Source: Thermoanaerobaculia bacterium
GTDB taxonomy: Bacteria > Acidobacteriota > Thermoanaerobaculia > Multivoradales > UBA5704
Direction: 5' to 3'
Assembly: GCA_044868005.1 (NCBI GenBank)
Contig: JBIOVX010000147.1
Coordinates: forward strand, 28,036-92,035
Length of the DNA: 64,000 nt
Shown here: piece after piece, positions 30,704 to 38,954 of the stretch
How the letters are laid out: the number at the start of each line of letters is the position of its first letter
Position numbering within the stretch: the first letter of the stretch is position 1
The notes under the pieces: model-generated
The model's database searches: none
Told to the model about the DNA's origin: nothing
Seen by the model: the letters and a program-made list of their open reading frames with translations, nothing else
Translations under genes and position numbers: made by a program

Positions 30704-32395
30704 CTATTTCTCCACCTCGTACACCGGCCGGATATCCACCGGCACGTCCGCCAGGCGCGCGATGGCTTCCCGGATCGGCGGGGTGGCCTTGCCGTAGGTG
30801 TCGAGGAAGCGCTTCGTCCCCTCGTAGTCGCCCAGCGCCTGCAGCATCAGCATGTCGTGCAGCAGGTCGCGGATGGCGCCGGGGAACTTCTCGGAGACGG
30901 CGCGGAAGCGGCCGTTGGCGTCGATCTCCAGCGCGCCCTTTCCCTGAAGATAGTTGAACTGCGCCACCACACCCTGGCCGTGGGCCTCGTCGACGCCGAA
31001 GCGCGCGGCGCGGAAGAGGCCGGCCACGTAGGTGGGCTCCAGCGACCGCCGCAGCTCGGCCGGCATCTCCTTGCGGTCGATGAGGGCGAGGATGTTGTAG
31101 ACGCCCATCACGTCGGCCTTGGCCTCCTCCAGCGTGCCGAACAGCTCCTTGAGCTCCTTCCGCGCCTCGGTCTTGCGGCCGTTGACCGTGATGGTGCCCG
31201 GCCCCAGGCCGTGCGACAGCTCGTGATGGAGCACCTCGTTGAGGTAGGCGTCGAAGGAGACGTCCTTCACCTGCGCCGGATCGAGCACGCGCTCGGCGAT
31301 GGGCAGCAGGATGCGGTCGTACTTCGCCCGCATGGTGTTGCGCAGCAGCACCTTCTTCGATCCCTTGGCCTCGCGCACCCGCTCGTCGTTGGGCAGGTTG
31401 AAGGCGATCGTCTGCACGCCGGCCCGGGTTTCGCCCGAGCTGTAGACCGTATCCACCACCTGGATCGGGCTCTCGGTGCCGCGGTTCAGGTTCTTGTGCT
31501 CGTCCGGAATCGGCAGGTTCCGCTCCAGCCACGGCAGCCGCTCCTTGTAGCGGACGAGCGCGGCCGATTCCTCCGGCAGATTGACGGTGACGAAGGCCTC
31601 GAAGGAGGCCTTGTAGCCGAAGAGCTCGTCCTCGTAGGTCTCGTACGGACCGATGGTGACCTCCACCGGCGCGTCGAGGTCCATCCAGGCGAGGTCGCTG
31701 GCGTAATAGTCGTCGTTTTCGAATGCGGCGGCGCGCAGCTCGAGGAACTTCTTGAGCGAGGCGTTGCCGGTGAGCGCCGCCGCCTCGCGCAGGAGGTTGG
31801 CGGCCGGCTTGAGCCACTCGGCGTACTCGCGCGAGTAGGGCACGGCCGTGAGGCTGCGGTCCTGGCCGCGGCGGATCGCCGTCACCGTCGAGGTGAACGT
31901 CTCCTTCTCTCCAGGATGCTTGGCGATCCAGCCCTCGAATTCCTCCTTCGTCATGTCCTCCGGATAGGAGCCCGCTCCCGGTGGATGGGGCTTGTCGCCG
32001 ATGAACGGCTGGCGCTCCGCCAGACGGTCCCAGGGTCCGAAGTTGAGCGTGAAGTATTGGCGCGCCGCCTCCGCGTGCTCGCCCTGGTAGCCCGCGAGCC
32101 ACTGGCGCATCTCGGGATTGCCGATCCAGGCCTGGCGCAGGAAGATCTCATCCATCAGCCTGGCGGCCTCCACCAGCTTGGCGAGCACCTGCCGGTCCTC
32201 GGCGGTGAGCGCCGAGAGGTCCGCCGAGAGAGGAACGGCGGCAAATTGCGCCAGCCGCTTTTGGACGTCAGCCACGATCCGCGGCTCTCCCTTCTGCTCC
32301 TGCTTCTGTGGAGCCGTGTCGTTCGAGGCCGCGTTGTCGGCAGCCCGGCAGGCGAGGACAGCCAGGCCCGCCAGGCAGAAGATCATGAGGCGCAT
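30704..32395 (-). CDS. secreted zinc metallopeptidase, DPP III (M49)-like
   Basis: GGAGGAGG SD before ATG 32395. Signal MRLMIFCLAGLAVLAC. HHELSHGLG plus LEEAKADVMG, resembling the M49 HExxGH / EExxAE pair. Confidence 0.8.
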   Translation of the reverse strand: MRLMIFCLAGLAVLACRAADNAASNDTAPQKQEQKGEPRIVADVQKRLAQFAAVPLSADLSALTAEDRQVLAKLVEAARLMDEIFLRQAWIGNPEMRQWLAGYQGEHAEAARQYFTLNFGPWDRLAERQPFIGDKPHPPGAGSYPEDMTKEEFEGWIAKHPGEKETFTSTVTAIRRGQDRSLTAVPYSREYAEWLKPAANLLREAAALTGNASLKKFLELRAAAFENDDYYASDLAWMDLDAPVEVTIGPYETYEDELFGYKASFEAFVTVNLPEESAALVRYKERLPWLERNLPIPDEHKNLNRGTESPIQVVDTVYSSGETRAGVQTIAFNLPNDERVREAKGSKKVLLRNTMRAKYDRILLPIAERVLDPAQVKDVSFDAYLNEVLHHELSHGLGPGTITVNGRKTEARKELKELFGTLEEAKADVMGVYNILALIDRKEMPAELRRSLEPTYVAGLFRAARFGVDEAHGQGVVAQFNYLQGKGALEIDANGRFRAVSEKFPGAIRDLLHDMLMLQALGDYEGTKRFLDTYGKATPPIREAIARLADVPVDIRPVYEVEK

Positions 32396-32452
32396 GCCTC
32401 CTCCTTTCGGTTCGCATTCATCCTTCGTCAAAGAGATGATGGTCCACCTGGA

Positions 32453-32664
32453 TCAGTCGTCCACTTTGAGGTAGCGGTCGTACTGAGCTGATGCGTCGGG
32501 CGCTCCACAAGTTGTCGGATTCCTTCCAAGGCCGAAGATGGGTCTTCAGTTTCGAGAGGGATGACGATGATCCGGTCTCCTTCCTGCCGGACTTCTATCT
32601 CCTGGACGCCTTCGAGCATCTGCTTTGGGATTGTCACGCCTCGATCTGTGACTTTCATCTTCAT
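32453..32664 (-). pseudogene. AbrB/MazE/SpoVT-type antitoxin-like gene with a 1-nt frameshift
   Basis: MKMKVTDRGVTIPKQMLEGVQEIEVRQEGDRIIVIPLETEDP in one frame. The family-typical tail IFGLGRNPTTCGAPDASAQYDRYLKVDD* follows in another frame. The break is at the CCC run near 32540-32543. Confidence 0.55.
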
Positions 32665-32823
32665 GGGTGTTCTCCTCGGTGCCAGAGGTGAGCCCAACGA
32701 ATATAACAGCGCTCTCCGAGGAGTCGGGAACCTTCGCCTCCGCGTACGATGGCATACCGCTCGCATCCCGGCAAAGCGGATGCCCCTCCACTCTCGGAGG
32801 GAGCGCAATGCGAGGATCGAGCC

Positions 32824-33297
32824 ATGGCCGAGAGAGTCAAGCCCTACAAGTCCGGCGTCAACTACTGGCTGCTGGCCACCGATCCGGACGAGTACAGCTA
32901 TTCCCATCTGGAGCGGGATACGGCGACTGTCTGGGACGGCGTCACCGGTTACGAGGACCTGAAGACCCTGCGCGACGTCGAGCCCGACGAAGAAGCGCTC
33001 ATCTTTCACGCCGGAAGAGAGCAGGCGATCGTCGGCATCGCCCGCTTCACCTCCGATCCGTATCCCAATCCGCAGGGCACCAGCCCGGATGAGGTGGTGG
33101 TCGATATCGTCCCCCTGCGGCGCTTGGAAAGGCCGCTGCTCTTAGCGGAGCTCGAAGATCTTCCGGAGCTCCAGGACTTCGATCTGGTGAACGATCCGGA
33201 GCTCTCCGTCGTGCCCGTCTCACCGGAGCTGTGGGATCGGATCCTCGAGCTGAGCGAGGCTGCGCTGGCGCTGTCTACGCAGGAGGATCAGAAGTAG
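32824..33297 (+). CDS. EVE (PUA-like) domain protein
   Basis: …NYWLLATDPDEYSYSHLERD…VWDGV…ALIFHAGREQAIVGIARFTSDPYP…. Start at internal ATG 32824. Confidence 0.75.
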   Translation: MAERVKPYKSGVNYWLLATDPDEYSYSHLERDTATVWDGVTGYEDLKTLRDVEPDEEALIFHAGREQAIVGIARFTSDPYPNPQGTSPDEVVVDIVPLRRLERPLLLAELEDLPELQDFDLVNDPELSVVPVSPELWDRILELSEAALALSTQEDQK

Positions 33298-33342
33298 ACA
33301 GGCAGCAGACGGATCGAAGATTTTGTTGTGGAGAAAGAGACT

Positions 33343-33698
33343 TGGTGGAGGTGGTGGGAGTCGAACCCACGTCCGAGAAACGCGTATCAGGAGCCTCTAC
33401 GTGCGTATCCTTCTATTCTAAGTCTCGCCGCGCGTGCTCTGGAAGAAGGCCAACCCGGCACGGCAGCCAGCCTTGCTTTGTATCCGGATGCGTCGCAAGG
33501 CCTCCGCATCCATTGATCCGCTTTAGCGTCGTCCCGGTGGGCGCCGCGAATCAAGGCCCACCATCGGGACGTCACGAGCCCTTTTTAGGCCGCGAGGGCG
33601 AAGTTATCGTTCGCAGTTATATCTTCCGGTGTTACGAGTGGAAGCTCGACACGCCACCCCTGCTCCGCTTTGTTCCCCGTCGAAACCGGTACACCCCC
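33343..33698 (-). ncRNA. ssrA: tmRNA (transfer-messenger RNA)
   Basis: 5' GGGGGTGTACCGGTTTCGACGGGG. 3' GGACGTGGGTTCGACTCCCACCACCTCCACCA. Acceptor stem with a G3:U pair. Tag ORF GCG AAC GAT AAC TTC GCC CTC GCG GCC TAA = ANDNFALAA at 33614-33585. Confidence 0.95.
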
Positions 33699-33831
33699 AA
33701 GTTGCCAAAGAACCGAACTGCACCGAGTATAACCTACTGGGTGGAAAGGACATTCCCGCGCCAGCCGTACCCCGGTGGGGGCCGTTGAGACCGGTTCGTG
33801 CATCCTCGCCATCCCGGCAGGAGCGATTTGC

Positions 33832-34209
33832 ACCACCGTCTGGACGATTCCCACCTGGGTATGACCTCGTCGCACCGCGGTGCGAGCCCTCTGCACCGCG
33901 GTATGGACGGTTCATACCGCGGTATAAGCGGGTCCCACCGCGGTATGGCCGGGCTATACCGAGGTGGGAGTCTCTCATACCGCGGTGTAGCCCGGTCCCA
34001 CTGAGGTATGGATGGCTCATACCGCGGTATTTGGCGCCTACACCGCGGTATGGCGGCCTCATACTGCGGTGGAGACGGCCCACACTTGGGTGGGAGCCGT
34101 CCGTACCGCGGTGTGGACCGTCGCCACCGCGGTACCAGCCGCCCTTACCGCGGTGGCGATCCACCACCACTCAGTGGAGATCCCGGCCAGCCCGGTGGAG
34201 CTCCTCGGC
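33832..34209. repeat. tandem array, 18 units of exactly 21 bp, palindromic ACCGCGGT core
   Basis: Units start at 33832 + 21n. 10 of the first 16 have a perfect ACCGCGGT. The last two units lie inside the 3' end of CDS 34171-34635. Confidence 0.9.
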
Positions 34210-34635
34210 GGCGACCGCGACGGCGGCCAGGAACTCGTCGGGGCCGCTGGTGCGCAGGCGCGAGACCACCAGAAACCAGCCGCCGAGCGCCAGGATGGCT
34301 CCGAAGGGGGCCACCGCGATCAGCTTGGGGTAGAAAGGCCATAGCAGGGTGAGCAGCCCGCCGGCGGCGGCCAGGAGCAGCACCATCACCGAGGCGGTCT
34401 GGACGTAGTAGACCGATGATTCCGGCAGAAAGATCACCCGCGAGCCGTCTGTTGCATCCCGGATTTCTACTACGCCAGTCACGAGCCCCCGGCGGATTCC
34501 GGCGACGACCGGCAGGTGTAGCTTTCCGCCGGCCCCTTCGGGTTGGAATTCCGCGCCCCAGTCCTCAGCCGTCCGGCGGACGGCGGCGAGCGCTTTCTCC
34601 GCCGGGACCGCCAAGTCGATGGCGTGCTCCGCCAC
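34171..34635 (-). CDS. two-TM membrane protein of unknown function
   Basis: GTG start 3 nt after the dus stop. Two hydrophobic helices (VMVLLLAAAGGLLTLLW, IAVAPFGAILALGGWFLVV). Confidence 0.7.
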   Translation of the reverse strand: MAEHAIDLAVPAEKALAAVRRTAEDWGAEFQPEGAGGKLHLPVVAGIRRGLVTGVVEIRDATDGSRVIFLPESSVYYVQTASVMVLLLAAAGGLLTLLWPFYPKLIAVAPFGAILALGGWFLVVSRLRTSGPDEFLAAVAVAAEELHRAGRDLH

Positions 34636-34638
34636 GCG

Positions 34639-35622
34639 TTACGCGGCCTTCTCGACCAGCAGCTCGTCGAGGAACTCCTCGACCGTGGTGAGGAAGGTCT
34701 GGACGTCGGGGAGCTGGTTGATCGCCTGGCGCAGCTTGCGCCCGTTGGGCAGGCCGTGGGTGTACCAGCCGGTGAACTTGCGCAGCTTGTGGAGGGCGAA
34801 CGTGGAGCTCTCCCGCTCGGCCACCATATGGAAGTGCTCCAGGATGAGATCGCGCCGGTCGGCGAGCGTCGGCTCGCTGACCCGGCTGCCGTCCAGGCGC
34901 GCGGCGATCTGCCGGAAGATCCACGGGTTCTTGGTGGCGCCGCGGCCGACCATGACGCCGTCGCAGCCGGTCTCGGCCATCAGGCGCAGGGCGTCCTCGG
35001 GCTCGCGCACGTCGCCATTGCCGATCACCGGGATGGAGAGCGCCTCCTTGAGACGGGCGAGATGGCTCCAGTCGGCCTCGCCGGTGAACATCTGCCGCGC
35101 CGTGCGCGCGTGCATGGCTACCGCGGCGACGCCGTTGGCCTCGCAGATCCGCCCCAGCTCGAGATAGTTGCGGCGGCCGTCGTCGAGCCCCAGGCGGAAC
35201 TTGACCGTGAGGGGGATCGAGATGGCGTCGCGCACCGTGCGGATGATGGACTCGGCCAGTTTCAGATCACCCATCAGAGCGGCGCCGGCGCAACCCTTGA
35301 GCACCTTGTTGGCCGGGCATCCCATGTTGATGTCGCAGATGTCGGCCCCCAGCTCCTCGACGACGAGGGCGGCCTCGCGCATAGTGGCCGCGTCCGAGCC
35401 GTAGATCTGGATGGCGAGCGGGCGCTCCTCTTCGCTGAAGTACATCAGGTCGCGGGTGCGCTGGTTGCCCTGGACGATGGCCTTCGAGGAGATGAACTCC
35501 ATCGATACCACGCCCACGCCGCCGATCCGCCGCACGATGAGGCGGAAATCGCGGTCGGTCACCCCGGCCATGGGCGCGAGCCAGAGCGGAGGATCGATGC
35601 GGTGAGGGCCGAGGTGGACCAT
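34639..35622 (-). CDS. dusB: tRNA-dihydrouridine synthase
   Basis: …LAPMAGVTDRDFR…INMGCP…; full-length Dus TIM barrel plus helical domain. The subfamily assignment (dusB) is tentative. Confidence 0.9.
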   Translation of the reverse strand: MVHLGPHRIDPPLWLAPMAGVTDRDFRLIVRRIGGVGVVSMEFISSKAIVQGNQRTRDLMYFSEEERPLAIQIYGSDAATMREAALVVEELGADICDINMGCPANKVLKGCAGAALMGDLKLAESIIRTVRDAISIPLTVKFRLGLDDGRRNYLELGRICEANGVAAVAMHARTARQMFTGEADWSHLARLKEALSIPVIGNGDVREPEDALRLMAETGCDGVMVGRGATKNPWIFRQIAARLDGSRVSEPTLADRRDLILEHFHMVAERESSTFALHKLRKFTGWYTHGLPNGRKLRQAINQLPDVQTFLTTVEEFLDELLVEKAA

Positions 35623-35634
35623 GGCGGGGAGATT

Positions 35635-37878
35635 TTAGCTCGCCGGAGCGGTTGCAACTCTTCTCGGGTTCCGCACGCCGAGCGCGACCGCCAGGAGGCC
35701 GGCGGCCGCGCACAACGAAAGCACGGCGGCGAGCTCTTCCGGCCAGGCGCTGATCTCGAGCACGACGCGGTGGCGCCCGGCCGGGACCACGACTCCCAGG
35801 AGGGCCAGATCGGCCGGCAGCACCTGCAGGCGACGGTCTCCCGCGTGCGCCTGCCAGAAGTTCTGGAACGCCCGCTGAACGACCAGGAGCCCACCGCCGC
35901 CAGCCACGTCCACGACCAGACGATCCGGGCTCGCGGCGAGCAGGCGGACTCGGGCGCCGGGTCGATGGGGGACGGCCAGCGGGAGCACCGCCGTTGCGGC
36001 GGGCTCCGGCCGGCTGCCCAGGAGCTCGAAGGCCCGCCGCGGGGATTCCGCCGCCAGGACCCGTTCCGGCCACCAGGCCTGAGGGGCCGGCGCGGCAATC
36101 CTGTAGAAGAAGAGGGGGTCGCCCGAAAATTCCTGGCGCAGGAGGCGGGCGTGCCGGCTGGCGACCGGCGCGGGCGAAACCAGAATGCGGGCGCCCAACG
36201 CGCGGCACCAGCCGATCCGCTCATCCCAGCTCGCCCGTGACAGGCGGTAGAGCAGCAGGGTGTAAAGCTGATGGTGCATGCCGTCGATGTTCGGAGCCGC
36301 GGGATACGAGCGGCCTTCCAGGATTCCCGGGGTCGGGCCCAAGCTGAAAGCCTCGCGCTGAACCTGCCAGGAAGGGCCCTCCGCGCCGGGAGGAACCGAG
36401 GGGCGCAATCCCCACGACGGATAGGTCTGTTCGACGGGGAGGACCGGCCCGCTATCTGGACCATCTGGAGCCCCCGCGAGGGCGCGGATCCTATCCGTCC
36501 TCTCCAGAAAAACCAGCGGTTGAAGCTGGAGGAGGGCCAGCAGCTCCACTCCCAGGAGCGCGCCGGCCGAACGCCGCCGCACACCCCAGGCGGCGAGCCC
36601 GCAAAGGAGCGCCGCGACGACCAGACCGGAGAGCAGATGCTGCCGCGCCGGCGCCGGTTCTCCCCGGGGCACGCCGAGCCAGGTGCTGACCGTGGCGGCC
36701 GCGGCGGCGAGGAGCGCGCCGGTTGCCGCCATGCGGAAGGCGCTCCGCTCGCCTCCGGCGACGACGCGGTCCAGGCCTTCTCCGGCCAGCAAGGGCAGAG
36801 CGAGCGCCGTCCAGACGATCAGCTTCTCCGGCGAGCGGAATCCACCGGCGAACAGGATCTGGAGAAGATTGGCGGAGAAGCGCCCGATGCAGGCCAGCGC
36901 GAGCCCTCCGAGCGCCAGGCCGGCGAGGGGCGGCCGGCGCCTGGCGCCGGCGAACGCCAGGATCAGCGCCACGGCGCCGAAATACAAGCTGAGATAGAGA
37001 CGGGGAGGCACGCCGAAGGCCCAGAGGCCCCGGTCTCCCGGAAAAGCGGGCAAACCGAAAGGGAAGGGAAGGGCGAGCTCCAGCAGCCGGCCCGGCTGGA
37101 GCGTGAAAGCCGCCACTTCCTTGGGCAGCATTCCGTAGCCGAAGCGGAAGGTCCAGTGCGCGATCCGCAAGGTGGCCACGATCTGCGGCAGGGAGACCAG
37201 GATTCCGGCCGCCACCACGGCGGCCGCCGTCGCCAGGCCCCGGCGCCAGCCATGGGCGGGGATCGCGACGGCGACCAAAGGGACGACTCCCAGCATCACC
37301 ACGGGATCGGCGGCCAGGAGCGCGAGCCCCAGCGCGATGCCGCCGAGAGCGACTCCCCTCCTGCCGCCGCGCACGCCGCCGAGCAGCACCAACGGCAGCC
37401 AGGCGGCGGCGGTGGCCACGGTATAGAAGCTGAGGACCGAGAGCATCCATCCCGAGCCGGCGTAAGCAAGGCCGGCGAGCAGGGCCGCCGGCTTGCTCTG
37501 CGCCAGCGCCCGGGCGAGCAGCGCCATGTTCATCCCGGCGAGGAGCCAGTGCAGGCAGAGGTGCAGGTTGAACGCGGTCCAGAAGGGCAGCGCCAGGTAG
37601 AGAAGGTTGCCGGGGTAGAAGGCCATGCTGTTGGGATCGCCGCGGAAGGGTTGCCCGAGCGCCCAGGTGGGATTGGTGGCCGGAATGCGGCCCTCCCTGA
37701 GCTGGGCCGCGCCGAAGGCCTTGAGAGGAATGAAAAGCTGGGAGAGGTCGCGGAAGTAGAACGTCACCTCTCCGGAGGCCGTCGCCAGGCACACCGCGAG
37801 CCACAGCACGAGGGCTGCAGCGAGGACGAAAAGCCAACCGGCGGGGGGGTGAAGGGAAGAGAGCGGGCGTTTCGTCAC
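35635..37878 (-). CDS. YfhO-like polytopic membrane protein (putative glycosyltransferase)
   Basis: Many TM helices and a large C-terminal extracytoplasmic domain. N-terminal region …NPTWALGQPFRGDPNSMAFYPGNLLYLALP… resembles the YfhO family. GTG 37878 overlaps the upstream stop (GTGA). Confidence 0.8.
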   Translation of the reverse strand: MTKRPLSSLHPPAGWLFVLAAALVLWLAVCLATASGEVTFYFRDLSQLFIPLKAFGAAQLREGRIPATNPTWALGQPFRGDPNSMAFYPGNLLYLALPFWTAFNLHLCLHWLLAGMNMALLARALAQSKPAALLAGLAYAGSGWMLSVLSFYTVATAAAWLPLVLLGGVRGGRRGVALGGIALGLALLAADPVVMLGVVPLVAVAIPAHGWRRGLATAAAVVAAGILVSLPQIVATLRIAHWTFRFGYGMLPKEVAAFTLQPGRLLELALPFPFGLPAFPGDRGLWAFGVPPRLYLSLYFGAVALILAFAGARRRPPLAGLALGGLALACIGRFSANLLQILFAGGFRSPEKLIVWTALALPLLAGEGLDRVVAGGERSAFRMAATGALLAAAAATVSTWLGVPRGEPAPARQHLLSGLVVAALLCGLAAWGVRRRSAGALLGVELLALLQLQPLVFLERTDRIRALAGAPDGPDSGPVLPVEQTYPSWGLRPSVPPGAEGPSWQVQREAFSLGPTPGILEGRSYPAAPNIDGMHHQLYTLLLYRLSRASWDERIGWCRALGARILVSPAPVASRHARLLRQEFSGDPLFFYRIAAPAPQAWWPERVLAAESPRRAFELLGSRPEPAATAVLPLAVPHRPGARVRLLAASPDRLVVDVAGGGGLLVVQRAFQNFWQAHAGDRRLQVLPADLALLGVVVPAGRHRVVLEISAWPEELAAVLSLCAAAGLLAVALGVRNPRRVATAPAS

Positions 37879-38157
37879 GTCCCGCCCCGCACCGTGCTTC
37901 CCAGCCAGGTCGAGAGCAGAGCGGCGATCACCGCCCACTGCAGCCCGCCGGCGACCAGGCTCCAGGTCAGCAGCGGCGTGCCGTCCAGGTGCAGGTAGGC
38001 GAGGGAGATGGGGAAGTCGATCCAGGCGAGGACGTTTCCGCGGCCGAAGCTGCCCCAGGTGCGCCAGACCAGAATGGCCGTGACCAGGTGGAGCAGGTAG
38101 CCCACGATGAGGGCTGCCACCGCGGCGCGGCGCCAGGGGTGAAGGATGGGGCGCACA
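37875..38157 (-). CDS. small 3-TM membrane protein
   Basis: Hydrophobic helices. Stop coupled to the YfhO-like start. Start uncertain: the tracked ATG 38225 lies inside a heptamer-repeat element, so in-frame GTG 38157 is preferred. Confidence 0.55.
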
Positions 38158-38191
38158 GGGATAGCATATCCTTGCCGGTCAGACACTGCTT

Positions 38192-38220
38192 CAAGACCCG
38201 GGACCCAAGGCCCAAGACTC
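38192..38220. repeat. heptamer-unit element CAAGACCC-GGGACCC-AAGGCCC-AAGACTC
   Basis: Same unit family as the right arm of the 30645-30686 hairpin. No inverted partner nearby. Ends 11 nt before ATG 38231. Confidence 0.6.
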
Positions 38221-38230
38221 CTCATCTCCT

Positions 38231-38947
38231 ATGCCCTGGTACAAGAAATGGTTCGGCGAGGAGTACCTGGAGCTGTACTCCCACCGCAACGAGTCCGAGG
38301 CCGAGGAGCACGTCGACTTCGTCGAGCGCCACGTCGGAGGACCGCGGCCGCGGGCGGTGCTCGATCTCGCCTGCGGCGCCGGCCGGCATACGGCGGTGCT
38401 ACGGCGGCGAGGCTACCGCACGCTGGGAGTCGATCTGTCGCTGACCCTGCTGGCACGGAACGAGCTACCGCGGGTGGCGGGCGACATGCGGTTGCTGCCT
38501 TTCGCGGCCGGCAGCTTCGACTGGGTGCTCAACTTCTTCACCTCCTTCGGCTACTTCGAGGCTGAACGGGAGAATTTCCGCGTGTTGGAGGAGGTCGTGC
38601 GCGTCCTCGCCCAGGACGGGCGGTTCCTCATCGATCTGATGAATCCGGGAGCGGTGCTGGCGTGCCTCAAGCCCCGCGATTCGCAGGTGCTGGACGGCCG
38701 CGAGGTGGAGATGGAGCGCTGGTACGACGCCGGCCGCAAGCGGCTCAACAAGCGTATCGTGGTGAGCACGCCCGGCGAGCCCTCGCGCGCCTTCCTCGAG
38801 AGCGTGCGGCTTTACGAGCCGGAGGAGGTGACCATCGGCCTGCGCTGGGCGGGCCTCGAGGTCGCGGCCCTCTTCGGCAACTTTCAGGGAGATCCTTACG
38901 AGCGTGACAGCGAACGCCTCATCCTCATCGGTTTCAAGCCGGCCTGA
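38231..38947 (+). CDS. class I SAM-dependent methyltransferase
   Basis: Motif I VLDLACGAGRHT, followed by GVDLS. 238 aa. Confidence 0.85.
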   Translation: MPWYKKWFGEEYLELYSHRNESEAEEHVDFVERHVGGPRPRAVLDLACGAGRHTAVLRRRGYRTLGVDLSLTLLARNELPRVAGDMRLLPFAAGSFDWVLNFFTSFGYFEAERENFRVLEEVVRVLAQDGRFLIDLMNPGAVLACLKPRDSQVLDGREVEMERWYDAGRKRLNKRIVVSTPGEPSRAFLESVRLYEPEEVTIGLRWAGLEVAALFGNFQGDPYERDSERLILIGFKPA

Positions 38948-38954
38948 CCTCGCG

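Noticed and set aside
33298-33830. Genomic island or prophage integrated at ssrA.
   Set aside because: The ssrA 3' end is followed 45 nt later by the convergent EVE-domain gene. No integrase, no duplicated 3' tmRNA fragment (att) and no phage genes were seen.
34171-34173. Selenocysteine or programmed recoding at the in-frame TGA.
   Set aside because: No SECIS-like hairpin is evident just downstream beyond the repeat itself, and no selA/selB/selD context is present. A simple nonsense change at an Arg codon position explains it. It is kept only as a read-through possibility in the findings.
33832-34209. CRISPR array.
   Set aside because: Units are contiguous 21-mers whose 13-nt variable part is still recognisably related from unit to unit. 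There are no 25-40-nt unique spacers, no leader and no cas genes in the window.
33604-34333. Heptad-repeat 'proteins' from ORFs 33604-34170 (-), 33629-34333 (+), 33798-34004 (+), 34008-34352 (+) and 34012-34344 (+).
   Set aside because: All are simply the 21-bp array read in different frames. They overlap the tmRNA gene and/or CDS 34171-34635, and no frame has a third-position GC bias. The conserved part is a DNA palindrome, including would-be synonymous sites.
38221-38233. AGGAG immediately before ATG 38225 (minus strand) as support for the long form of the small membrane protein.
   Set aside because: The AGGAG abuts the ATG with no spacing, and the first 14 codons are the reverse complement of the heptamer repeat element. 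The downstream GTG is preferred, at low confidence.
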